Assembly: GCA_963828195.1 (NCBI GenBank)
Contig: CAWHDT010000007.1
Span: 128,001-192,000, forward strand
DNA from: Candidatus Bathyarchaeota archaeon
GTDB lineage: Archaea; Thermoproteota; Bathyarchaeia; Bathyarchaeales; Bathycorpusculaceae
Length of the DNA stretch: 64,000 nt
Direction: 5' to 3'
The position numbers and the translations under genes were made by a program. Each line of letters starts with the position of its first letter. The stretch's first letter is position 1. This document shows, piece after piece, positions 28,365 through 37,586 of this stretch. The notes below the pieces were generated by a model that was not told the origin of the DNA, searched no databases, and saw only the letters and a list, made by a program, of their open reading frames with translations.

Positions 28365-29760
28365 GCCTAAACCAAAATTAAACAAGAAAGCCGTAGAGAT
28401 GGCTAAGCAAGAACCAAAAGTACGTGCTAAAAACTTCAGTGAAGTCGCTTTAGGCTACACCGAAGCTGAAACACAAGAAGAAGCAAGCCGATGCTTACAA
28501 TGCCCAAAGCCCCAATGCATGACCGGTTGCCCAGTTGAAGTTCCCATTCCAGGCTTCATAAAACTACTCAGAGAAAAGAAGTACGATGAAGCCATCGCGC
28601 TGATCAAAACGAAGAATGCTTTGCCCGCCGTTTGCGGAAGAGTTTGCCCACAAGAAGTACAATGCCAATCTAAATGTGTCGTCGGCAAGATGGGTGAGCC
28701 AATCAGCATTGGGCGACTGGAGCGCTTTCTTGCAGACTGGGAACGTACAAACGGCGCCAAGATGCCGCCGAGAGCTCCCTCTACAGGCAAGAAAGTGGCA
28801 ATTATCGGTGCTGGTCCAGCCGGATTGACTGCTGCAGCAGACCTTGTTAAGCTCGGTCACGAGGTTACAATGTTTGAAGCACTGCACGTCGGCGGCGGAG
28901 TACTCTCATATGGCATTCCTGAGTTCCGTTTACCTAAAGCTATAGTGCAAAACGAAGTGGGATACGTCCAAAAGTTGGGCGTTGATTTGCGTCTCGGAAA
29001 CTTGGTTGGCAGAATCCACACTATTCCAGAACTCATGAAAAACGGTTACGACGCAGTATTCATTGGTAGCGGCGCAGGCTTGCCACAGTTCACTGGTTGC
29101 TCAGGAGAGAACCTCGGCGGAATCTATTCAGCTAACGAGTTTCTGATCCGCGTTAACCTCATGAAAGCATTCCAGTTCCCAGACTACGATACTCCAATAC
29201 GCATAGGCAAAAAAGTGGTTGTTATCGGAGGCGGAAACGTCGCGATGGACTGCGCAAGAAGCAGCATGAGACTTGGCTCCGAAGTATGCTTGCTCTATAG
29301 GCGTTCACGCGCTGAGTTGCCCGCGAGACATGAAGAAATAGAGAACGCGGAAGAGGAAGGCTTAGTCTGCAAGTTTCTCGGTGCACCAGTCGAGTTTTAC
29401 GGTGACGAAAGCGGCTGGGTAAAAAGCATGAAATGCATCGCAATGGAACTCACAGAACCTGACGCGAAAGGACGACGCGGCGTAAAAGAGGTTCCAGGCT
29501 CAGAATTCACCATGGATGTTGACACAGTCATCGTTGCCATTGGTCAAACACCAAACCCCATCATACAGAGAACCACAGATGGATTACAAAGCGACCCCAG
29601 ACACGGAACAATATGCGTCAACGAAGTAGGCAAAACCAGCTTAGACGGAGTTTACGCAGGCGGAGACGTAGCAACAGGAGCAGCAACAGTCATCAGCGCA
29701 ATGGGCGCAGGCAAACGCGCAGCAAAAGCAATGCATGAATACCTCATGAACAAGAAATAA
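28351..29760 (+). CDS. sudA: NfnB/SudA large subunit (GltD-like)
   Basis: RCLQC...C..GCPV, CGRVCPQE.QC, GAGPAG, YGIPEFRLP and GGGNVAMD motifs; follows sudB. Confidence 0.9.
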   Translation: MAEVKPKPKLNKKAVEMAKQEPKVRAKNFSEVALGYTEAETQEEASRCLQCPKPQCMTGCPVEVPIPGFIKLLREKKYDEAIALIKTKNALPAVCGRVCPQEVQCQSKCVVGKMGEPISIGRLERFLADWERTNGAKMPPRAPSTGKKVAIIGAGPAGLTAAADLVKLGHEVTMFEALHVGGGVLSYGIPEFRLPKAIVQNEVGYVQKLGVDLRLGNLVGRIHTIPELMKNGYDAVFIGSGAGLPQFTGCSGENLGGIYSANEFLIRVNLMKAFQFPDYDTPIRIGKKVVVIGGGNVAMDCARSSMRLGSEVCLLYRRSRAELPARHEEIENAEEEGLVCKFLGAPVEFYGDESGWVKSMKCIAMELTEPDAKGRRGVKEVPGSEFTMDVDTVIVAIGQTPNPIIQRTTDGLQSDPRHGTICVNEVGKTSLDGVYAGGDVATGAATVISAMGAGKRAAKAMHEYLMNKK

Positions 29761-29943
29761 CCCAGTAGTTTTAGTCTCTTTTGAGACTTTATTTTTCTTT
29801 TAAATGCATCTATTCTTTTGTTTTTAATCAGCAACCCACTTTTGACTTGAGTGAAATCCTCTTCAGGTTCCTTCAAATTGGCGTTGTTCGCCATAGAGTA
29901 ATATATCTTCGCGAGAATGAAAACTGCTGTTAGTGGTTGATGC

Positions 29944-30657
29944 ATGAGGAACATGGGTGGGTCAAGCAATTATCTCAAGAACCAAGTTAGAAAAAACTTG
30001 GCAAAAGCCATTCTCTGCGTTGCCCTATTCTTTCTAATTCTTTTCGCTCTGGGGTTAAGAGTTCTCTTCACGTTGAACTTGAGCGTTTTTGATGGTGTTG
30101 GACTTTTGGTTTCACTGGCGCCTTTAGCTGCGTTTTATTTTTACCTGCGGAAATACCGAATTTACAATGCCGGTTGGGCAGGCGAAAGACGGGTAGCTCG
30201 GCTTCTAAGCAGCAAGCTAAGCGATGATTATTTCCTAATAAACGACCTGTACCTGCACAGCGGAGGCGACATCGACCACATCGTTCTGGGTCCAAGCGGC
30301 ATCTTTGTTTTGGAGACAAAGAACTGGAGCGGCGACATTACCTGCAATGGTGATGACTGGCAAAGAGCGGGCAAGGGGAACTTTAAGGGTAGTCCAAGTC
30401 GGCAGGTCAAAAGAAATGCCGCCAAAATAAAAAATATAATCGATTCTTCGCCGACTTTCAGGTCCCAAGGTTTGTGGGTTGAAGGCATTGTGGTTTTTAC
30501 AAACAGCCATGCTACCTTCCACTTAAACAACCCTTCCGTTTTAGTCCTTAAACTTCCACAACTTCCCAGCCACATAACCGCGCACAAAAGCCCAAACAGC
30601 CTTTCCAGTCAGCAAATTGAAGCTGTTGGGAAAGAAATTATTAGTCAAAAAAGCTAA
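29944..30657 (+). CDS. NERD (nuclease-related) domain membrane protein
   Basis: Two TM helices, then G..GE, DIDHIV.GPSGIF.LETKN and SP..Q motifs. Confidence 0.85.
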   Translation: MRNMGGSSNYLKNQVRKNLAKAILCVALFFLILFALGLRVLFTLNLSVFDGVGLLVSLAPLAAFYFYLRKYRIYNAGWAGERRVARLLSSKLSDDYFLINDLYLHSGGDIDHIVLGPSGIFVLETKNWSGDITCNGDDWQRAGKGNFKGSPSRQVKRNAAKIKNIIDSSPTFRSQGLWVEGIVVFTNSHATFHLNNPSVLVLKLPQLPSHITAHKSPNSLSSQQIEAVGKEIISQKS

Positions 30658-31364
30658 TGTTTTTGTTGGCTCATTTGTGGAGGCGTGATTTTGAGCCAGT
30701 CTTTTCTTTTTACGCACGCAAAAGAAGTCAAGCTGGTTACCAGCAAAGTGCCCATTGTGAGAAAGTTGGCGACGTTTACTTCTACATGTGCAATTGAAAA
30801 GGCCAAGATGGCGAGAAAAACATAGAGCGTAACAGCGCCCGTGATCAATTGTGCGACGTGGAAACCTTTCCTTACTCGGCAAGCCGCCGATTTTACCTTG
30901 TTTAATCCAGACTCGATTCTCTTTGAAACGTCTGGAAGGTCATCTAAGAATAGGGTTGCTCCAGTTAAAACGAAAAATCGTCCAGCGTTGATCGGTATGC
31001 TCCCGGTGTTCACAAGGAAAAGGGATACTACAGAAACTGAGGTAAATGCCATTACATATATCGTTGAGAACACTAAAACAAAAAAGCCGTAGACGTAGTG
31101 GTGAAAGAACAGTCGTCCCGTGTGCAATGCTCTTCCTATGGCTGCGCTGGGGAAAATATTGATGAGCGCCGCTATCCCCGCCACTAAAAAGAGGTCGCCG
31201 CTGGCCAGCCAGGGCGTGTAAGGCTTCCACCCTGGCCACGCGAAGAAGAAACCATATAGAATTCCAGTTACCGCTGTTAAGGTTATGAAGGAATTTAGGA
31301 TTAACGTTAAACTGAATGTTTTCTTTACATATGTGAATTTGGAACAACCCATTGTGTATCCCAA
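30654..31364 (-). CDS. Hypothetical membrane protein
   Basis: About 6 TM segments; FHHY.YG and DDLPD motifs. Confidence 0.7.
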   Translation of the reverse strand: MGYTMGCSKFTYVKKTFSLTLILNSFITLTAVTGILYGFFFAWPGWKPYTPWLASGDLFLVAGIAALINIFPSAAIGRALHTGRLFFHHYVYGFFVLVFSTIYVMAFTSVSVVSLFLVNTGSIPINAGRFFVLTGATLFLDDLPDVSKRIESGLNKVKSAACRVRKGFHVAQLITGAVTLYVFLAILAFSIAHVEVNVANFLTMGTLLVTSLTSFACVKRKDWLKITPPQMSQQKH

Positions 31365-31640
31365 AACTGTCTTTTAAGCTGCCTTTTCTGTTTTTATTAC
31401 ATACTTATGATCTCACTCATTTAAAATTAACGTATGTTAAAGACAAAGACTATGTAGCAAGTTGCTTGCACGAGCCATAGTATCGCCCTATGTTGCTTAT
31501 ACTGAAGGTTGTTGTACTCATTTGCTGGAGCTTTGTCCTTTAGCTGTCTCAAAAAAGGTGTTATCGTAGGTGCGCGTTAGAGTCCTCTTGGCTAAAACTT
31601 ATAGGCGTTAATGTGACATTGGCTTGTTGAGGTTGATTGG

Positions 31641-32006
31641 TTGGGGAGCATTTGGCTTGGAGCCTTCGTAGGGTTTTTGGTCACAGTAGTGATTGCTTTT
31701 CTGTTTCCCGGAGTCGGCCACTTAGTCGGCGGGTTCCTCGGCGGCTTAGTCGCTGGACTCGTGGCTAGAGGCGTCGGCAAAGGTTTAATCGCGGGTTTCC
31801 TCGCAGGCATATTCGGCGGCATCATAATTGCCATACTTGCATTCTTAAAACTTGCGATCATCGGAGGAATTCACGGAGGGATTTCAGGCGCGCTGTTCGG
31901 TGGCTTACATGGCTTGGCAATCGGTGTAGTTGCGATTATTCTGGCGGTTTTTGCAGGTATAGTTGCGGCTGTCGGCGGCTTAATCGGCGGAGCAATAACA
32001 AGATAA
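31641..32006 (+). CDS. Small Gly-rich membrane protein (DUF5518-like)
   Basis: Repeated GG.lgGl.aG helices. Confidence 0.75.
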   Translation: MGSIWLGAFVGFLVTVVIAFLFPGVGHLVGGFLGGLVAGLVARGVGKGLIAGFLAGIFGGIIIAILAFLKLAIIGGIHGGISGALFGGLHGLAIGVVAIILAVFAGIVAAVGGLIGGAITR

Positions 32007-32020
32007 AGCCGATCTTCTTT

Positions 32021-32233
32021 TTTTGAAAGAACAACAACACCTAGAATTCAACTGTTGTTCTTCTCGGCAATATTTATTTTTAAAAGAAGAAGAAGCTTCA
32101 GAAAACAATTTTTCTTCTTCTTCTTGCCATATTTGCGTTGTTTTTTTGGTGTAAATACTAGGTAGGTCTATAGGTAGGCGGTTTCTGGTCAGGGTTTGTT
32201 TTGCGTTGCCTTGTTGGTTTAGGGGTTAAATCA
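32021..32233 (+). repeat. Structured non-coding element, copy 2
   Basis: Reverse complement of 22315-22523; differences fall mainly in loops and the distal end. Confidence 0.9.
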
Positions 32234-32360
32234 CAGCCATTGCAGTCAGGTGCCTTTGGGAAAAAGCGCTGTTCCAATACAAGAAACATATTTGGGGCAT
32301 CAACAGGATCCAAATAGACAATCAACCAGCCATTTTAGATAATTCTGGAAAAAGGATTAA

Positions 32361-32405
32361 AGAAATTTGCTGGTGGCAGAGACTATATTTGAACTCGTGA
32401 TCTCT
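32361..32405 (-). repeat. Degenerate copy of the tRNA-iMet 3' end plus flank (att-like scar)
   Basis: Matches 33160-33204 at 39 of 45 positions by manual alignment. Confidence 0.8.
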
Positions 32406-32439
32406 ATTGGTGCCTTAAAAAACAGGAGTTAATAGCCTC

Positions 32440-32600
32440 TTCAACAGGGTGAAAACGATGCTTTGACGCTCAAAATCATCTTTTTGTCGGTGACAAAGAC
32501 TTCTAATTACTTTTCAATGTATCCAGGACGCAGCCGACAGCACAAGTGACTTCAGGGTTCTTTGGTTTTGACAGCTTTTTTTCTGGAATAACAGTGACTT
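32440..32600 (-). pseudogene. Possible decayed PIN-domain toxin remnant
   Basis: Broken minus-strand frames contain VLSAA and EVFVTDK, resembling PIN C-terminal motifs; lies between two tRNA scars. Confidence 0.3.
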
Positions 32601-32788
32601 TCATCCTTGCCTCATAATCATGAAGATTAATAGGTAAACTGCACATTTTTTCGACGCCTCTTACATGTTTCAAAAAAGCCACCGATGCCTTTAGGGTTAC
32701 CCAAAATATTTTATATAGAAACTCAAAAGCTCAATATAATATCGTGTGACATATAGCCCTAAAGTTATATCCACAAAAACGGAATGAT

Positions 32789-32817
32789 TTTGTTGGCAGC
32801 GGGTGGCTAGATTTGAA
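32789..32817 (-). repeat. Second degenerate copy of the tRNA-iMet 3' end
   Basis: tttgttggcagcgggtggctagatttgaa versus tttgttggtagcggggactagatttgaa at the tRNA. Confidence 0.65.
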
Positions 32818-33097
32818 GGGACTTTTCCGAAAATACCAATCTATCGATGAAATCTTCAGCTGCCCTTATTTTCTGGTCCATTTCTTCCCGATGCTCGTAA
32901 TAGTAAGACAACGCGTCATGCACTTGCTCGAGTCTTAAATGAGGGTGAGCGGTAATTATGTCATCAGGCGAGCAGTTCATGTATTCATACTCAACAGCTA
33001 TGTCAACTACCCTGATGCGAGTACCCACTATAACAGGCGAGCCATTGCAAATCTTCGAATCGACCTAGACGTAGGGATGTTCAGTTTTAGTTTGCAA
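32807..33097 (-). pseudogene. DUF433 antitoxin-like gene with an in-frame TAG at codon 11
   Basis: LQTKTEHPYV*VDSKICNGSPVIVGTRIRV...HPHL.LEQVHDALSYY.EH. Confidence 0.75.
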
Positions 33098-33169
33098 TTC
33101 GAAACCTCTCAGATTAAATGACTTCCAGCATCTCTTAACTTTTGCCATAGAAACCAGCGAGAAATTTGT

Positions 33170-33248
33170 TGGTAGCGGGGACTAGATTTGAACTAGTGAT
33201 CTCTGGGTTATGAGCCCAGCGGGTTAATCCTGGCTACCCCACCCCGCT
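33170..33248 (-). tRNA. tRNA-iMet (CAT), archaeal initiator, CCA encoded
   Basis: AGCGGGG..CCCCGCT-ACCA acceptor with A1-U72, GGG-CTCATAA-CCC anticodon arm and TTCAAAT T-loop. Confidence 0.95.
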
Positions 33249-33375
33249 AAAGGTTGCTAACAATTTTGTTTTAGCATCTATTAGTTTCTTAGTCGAATAT
33301 TAATAGTTTCTTTTTCCTATTGTGGCAAAGCATTTTAGAGGCGACTTATACTTCTTTGGCGAAGGATGTTAACCG

Positions 33376-34047
33376 ATGGATAAGGCGTATTTGCGCAAGC
33401 TTTCAAACCCGACTTTGGAAAACCCATTTTTTATTCAAGGGCTCCCAGGTTTTGGGAACGTCGGCAGAATAGCGGCGCATCTGCTCATCAAGTTCTGCGA
33501 TGCTAAGCCTTTCGCGGAGTTGTATTCGCCTTCTTTTCCCGATTACGTGTCGATAACTGCTCAAGGCATAGCGCATTTGCCGCGGTACGAGTTTTATTAT
33601 GCGCCTATGGTGAAAAACAACTTGGTCATTATGACGGGCGAGATTCAGCCGTCGTTTGATGATGTGGTTGCTCACTATGAGGTCTGCGAAGAGGTTCTTG
33701 ATTTTGTTGAAACGTTGGGTTGCCACTTCATCGTAACCATGGGGGGCATACCGATAGCTGAGGATAAAGCCCAAGTTTACATTGCAGCTACTTCACCGAG
33801 GTTGGCAACGGAGTTTATGGAAAAAGGCGCGGTTATTTACAGTAAAGGCAGAATCGTCGGCGGCACAGGGCTGACTTTGGCGATGGCGAAGGAAAGAAAA
33901 ATCGACGGCGTCGGTTTGCTTGGAACAACCACAGGGTTTAAGGCTGATCGTGAAGCTGGGTTTCTTGTTTTCAAGTTTTTGATGAAGGCTTTAGGAAAAG
34001 AGATAAAAGAAGGTTTAGTAGAGAACAATGCACCAGAAGAGCAGTGA
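33376..34047 (+). CDS. PAC2 family proteasome assembly chaperone
   Basis: GLPG.GNVGRIAA, LYSP.FP, TMGG and G.IVG..G motifs. Confidence 0.85.
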   Translation: MDKAYLRKLSNPTLENPFFIQGLPGFGNVGRIAAHLLIKFCDAKPFAELYSPSFPDYVSITAQGIAHLPRYEFYYAPMVKNNLVIMTGEIQPSFDDVVAHYEVCEEVLDFVETLGCHFIVTMGGIPIAEDKAQVYIAATSPRLATEFMEKGAVIYSKGRIVGGTGLTLAMAKERKIDGVGLLGTTTGFKADREAGFLVFKFLMKALGKEIKEGLVENNAPEEQ

Positions 34048-34292
34048 GAGGGTGTACCATGACTGAAGACGAAAACGAAAGTGTATCCGGCATATACTCG
34101 AAATTTTGGAGAATCACACTGGTAATTGTCGCGATGCTTCTGATCTTCGCGGGCCCAACTTACGGTTTCTACGCTTTGGTGAAAGTCCTGAAAATACACT
34201 ATTTAGTCTCTGTGGGCGGAGGCATCATCATGTTTGTGGTGGGCATGGCGCTCATGGTGTTTCTAATCAGAAAGAAAATGATTACAGTTTAG
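34044..34292 (+). CDS. Small membrane protein
   Basis: Two TM helices; coupled to the PAC2 gene. Confidence 0.6.
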   Translation: MRGCTMTEDENESVSGIYSKFWRITLVIVAMLLIFAGPTYGFYALVKVLKIHYLVSVGGGIIMFVVGMALMVFLIRKKMITV

Positions 34293-34471
34293 TTTGCCTC
34301 AGATACCCCAGGGTGCATCATCAATCAGCAGTTTAGATTCTTCATCGGCAACCCATAGAAACAGCCCTTGTTTTATTTAACTATTCGTTGAATTTTTCGA
34401 TTGAAACTTAACTACAAATATGCTTCCAAAATACACAAGTCATATTAAATATTAAGATAGCAATAACTGGT

Positions 34472-35059
34472 ATGCAGGAAAACAGCCACAGAAGCTCGGA
34501 AGCGCCGAAAGAGAAAAGTGAAGAAACAAAAAGAACAACTATCATCCTTGAAAAAACCGAGCGAGAATTCATTGAATCTCTAATTAAAGATGGGAAAGAG
34601 CCTGGAATCAAACCGTTAATCTCCAAAATGCTTGACATTTACAGAAGCATGATGATTTATGATTGGCGTTACCCCGGCGAATATTACTGTGGAATAAGCC
34701 GCATCGCACTTGTCAACGTGGAGCTACTTAATATTTTGACACAGCAGATTCCGAGGGAAAAGTGGCTTGAGGTCGGCGAAAAGATGGGTGATGCATTAAA
34801 AGTTTCTATCCAATCCACCCTGGGAATTGATGCGGGCGAACAGGAAAATTGGGAAAAGATATTTGAAAGATTAAAAGTGCAGGGATTCGGAGATTTCTAC
34901 CTGAAAGACAAGTTTCTGCTGATGAAAACGCCGTTCATTAATGACTGCGAAATTTGGAGGGGCATCATGGAAGGATTATTAGGTGTGGAACTGGAAATCA
35001 GAAATTCGGCGCCTCCGCTGGTTTTCGAAATCAAGAAACCGAAGCCGCCTCAAATTTAA
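34472..35059 (+). CDS. Putative regulator (RHH-like N-terminus, V4R-like C-terminus)
   Basis: KRTTIIL strand; R.alv...G.KMG...GFG...GIMEG pattern. Confidence 0.5.
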   Translation: MQENSHRSSEAPKEKSEETKRTTIILEKTEREFIESLIKDGKEPGIKPLISKMLDIYRSMMIYDWRYPGEYYCGISRIALVNVELLNILTQQIPREKWLEVGEKMGDALKVSIQSTLGIDAGEQENWEKIFERLKVQGFGDFYLKDKFLLMKTPFINDCEIWRGIMEGLLGVELEIRNSAPPLVFEIKKPKPPQI

Positions 35060-35307
35060 CGCCATCCAATCTTTCGACAGTTAAATATTAGGAAAACAGT
35101 TTATTAGGAAGCAGGCGGCAGGTGTCTCTCAGTGGTACATGATGAGGGATTGCGTTCATACAAGGCGATTGCGTTCATTAAAGGCAATCGAAAACGTTTA
35201 AGCATAAAATCGAAAAGATATTTGTTATCAGGCGCGTTCCTTCAAAAAACCGTTTTGTCAAAACAAAAAACCCTTAGAGGTTTCTCTAAAAATTTAGGTG
35301 AAAAATT

Positions 35308-36306
35308 ATGGATAAAATAAAATTTGCCATCCCAAAAGGTTCTCTGGAAAAAGCTACCGCGGAGTTCTTTTCTAAATCAGGCTTTAAAATCGGCGGAACC
35401 GAAAGAACATACCGCCCAAGCATTAACGACCCCCAAATAGAACTTAAAGTCCTCAGACCCCAAGAAATCCCCGTTTTTGTCAACGAGGGCCTGCAGGACC
35501 TTGGCATCACAGGCGAAGATTGGGTGAAAGAAAACCGTGCAGACGTTGAAGTCCTGCAGAACTTGGAGTATGGAAAAATCAGGCTTGTGATAGCTGTCCC
35601 AAAAACCTGCGAAGACGCCACGATGGGCGAGTTCATGGAATCCATCTGGAGCCAAGGCAAAAACTTCCGCATCAGCACAGAATACCTTAACATAGCTTCC
35701 GAGTACCTGAAAAGCACGCCGCAGTACAAGAAGCGTTTCGGCGACGCCGACCCCATGCTTGTCACGCCTTGGTGGAAAAAAGGCGACAACCCCAAAGCCA
35801 AAATCTTTTTGTCCTTCGGCGCAACAGAGGCGAAACCGCCGGAAAACTCGGACGCCATAATGGATGTTACTGAAACGGGCACTACGATTGAAGCAAACAA
35901 CCTGAAAATCATAGACACCGTCATGAAGTCCGCGGCAATCCTTATCGCCAACAAGAAGGCGATGGAGGATCCAGAGAAAAGAGAAAAAATCCACGACATA
36001 TTAGCGTTGCTCAAAGGCGTTGTGGATGGGTCAAAGAGAATACACATTTTCGTCAACGTCAAAAAATCAAACCTGCAGAAACTCTTAACGGAGTTGCCAG
36101 CCTTGAAGAACCCCACTATATCACCGTTGGCAGATGACACGTGGGTCAGCGTCAACACCGTCATCGAGAAAGACTGCCTAATTGCGCTGCTGCCGAAAAT
36201 CCGCAAATTAGCCCAAGGCTTGGTGGTGTATGAGCCGCGGCAGGTGCTGGCTTTAGATGAAATCGGCAAAAGAGAGGAGAATTCGTGCAAAAGCAAAGCC
36301 AAGTGA
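35308..36306 (+). CDS. hisG: ATP phosphoribosyltransferase (long form)
   Basis: AIPKGSL, RPQEIP, DLGITG.DW, GATE and D..ETGTT..ANNL motifs; C-terminal regulatory domain. Confidence 0.93.
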   Translation: MDKIKFAIPKGSLEKATAEFFSKSGFKIGGTERTYRPSINDPQIELKVLRPQEIPVFVNEGLQDLGITGEDWVKENRADVEVLQNLEYGKIRLVIAVPKTCEDATMGEFMESIWSQGKNFRISTEYLNIASEYLKSTPQYKKRFGDADPMLVTPWWKKGDNPKAKIFLSFGATEAKPPENSDAIMDVTETGTTIEANNLKIIDTVMKSAAILIANKKAMEDPEKREKIHDILALLKGVVDGSKRIHIFVNVKKSNLQKLLTELPALKNPTISPLADDTWVSVNTVIEKDCLIALLPKIRKLAQGLVVYEPRQVLALDEIGKREENSCKSKAK

Positions 36307-37586
36307 AAATCTGCAAAGCGGAAGAGCTGCCACCTGACTGGTTTAAACGGCAAACCGCAGACGCAAAAGCCGCACGTGAGTTTCAAGACAAAGTCCAAAA
36401 CGTTATAACACGAGTTAGAGAGCGAGGCGATGAGGGCTTGCTTGGGTGCATAAGCGACTTTGATAAGTGTTCATTGACAAAAAAGACCCTCAAAGTCAGA
36501 AAAGAAGAAATTAAAGAAGCCTACACAAGAACTAGCCCTGACCAAGTTTGCTCATTGAAGTTCATGAAAGAAAGAGTTGCCGCCTTCCAAAAGCAACTGC
36601 TCGCTCAACCTGAAATCTGCAGTGAGAACGATGGCATACGGGTTCGAACCGTTCTGCAGCCCATTGAAAGCGTCGGCTGCTACGTTCCAGGAGGGCAAGC
36701 CGCGTACCCGAGCACGCTGGTCATGACTGCGGTTCCAGCCAAAGTAGCAGGCGTCCCACGGATTGTCGTTTGTTCGCCATCCGACACAAAAGGCAAAGTT
36801 AACCCGCTTGTTCTTGTCGCCGCCGACATCTGCGGGGTCGATGAGGTCTACAAGGTTGGCGGAGCCCAAGCCATAGCCGCCTTAGCCTATGGAACAAAAA
36901 CCATAAAGCCAGTGCGGAAAATCGTGGGTCCAGGCAGCAAATACGTGACAGCCGCAAAGGTTCTGGTTTCAACGGATGTGGCGATTGATATGCCAGCGGG
37001 TCCAAGCGAAGTGCTAGTGTTGGCTGATGAAATGGCTGATGCGCGGCTTATTGCCTTTGACATGATTTCGCAGGCTGAACATGGCGGAGACAGCGTTGCC
37101 GGACTCATAACAACTTCCGAAAAAGTTGCCCTGCAGGTTCAAAAAAATCTCGCAGCGCTAGCCGCTTCAGCAGAAAGAGGCGAAAAAGTCCAGGAGGCAC
37201 TGGCCAAATACGGCTTCATAGTTGTCTGCAAGAGTATGAATGAGGCAGTCTGCTTAGTTAATCAGTTTGCGCCTGAACACTTAGAAGTCATGACAGCAAA
37301 GCCCAAAGAGATCGCAGAGAAATTGACCGCCGGCCTCATACTTCTGGGTCCATACAGCCCCGTTGCCCTGAGCGACTATGGCAGCGGAACCAACCATGTG
37401 CTGCCGACAGGCGGGTTCGCCCAGTCGTTTTCAGGCTTATCTGTTTTGGATTTTATGCGGCGGGTAAGCATAGTTGAGAGCACAAGAACAGGTCTTGAGC
37501 GGGTGAAAGACAGCGTCAAAGTTATGGCACAAGCAGAAAATCTTCCTAACCACTACAAAGCGATAGAGGCAAGGTTCGAAAAATGA
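36285..37586 (+). CDS. hisD: Histidinol dehydrogenase
   Basis: YVPGG.A.YPS, GGAQAIAALAYG, DMPAGPSE, SQAEH, APEHL and GTNHVLPT motifs. Confidence 0.95.
   Translation: MQKQSQVKICKAEELPPDWFKRQTADAKAAREFQDKVQNVITRVRERGDEGLLGCISDFDKCSLTKKTLKVRKEEIKEAYTRTSPDQVCSLKFMKERVAAFQKQLLAQPEICSENDGIRVRTVLQPIESVGCYVPGGQAAYPSTLVMTAVPAKVAGVPRIVVCSPSDTKGKVNPLVLVAADICGVDEVYKVGGAQAIAALAYGTKTIKPVRKIVGPGSKYVTAAKVLVSTDVAIDMPAGPSEVLVLADEMADARLIAFDMISQAEHGGDSVAGLITTSEKVALQVQKNLAALAASAERGEKVQEALAKYGFIVVCKSMNEAVCLVNQFAPEHLEVMTAKPKEIAEKLTAGLILLGPYSPVALSDYGSGTNHVLPTGGFAQSFSGLSVLDFMRRVSIVESTRTGLERVKDSVKVMAQAENLPNHYKAIEARFEK

Noticed and set aside
28351-29760. Glutamate synthase small subunit
   Set aside because: Paired with SudB/NfnA and no gltB nearby, so Nfn/Sud is the better call
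35286-36398. 370-aa minus-strand ORF
   Set aside because: Antisense shadow of hisG with no motif; similar shadows overlie deoA, sudB, hisB and nifH
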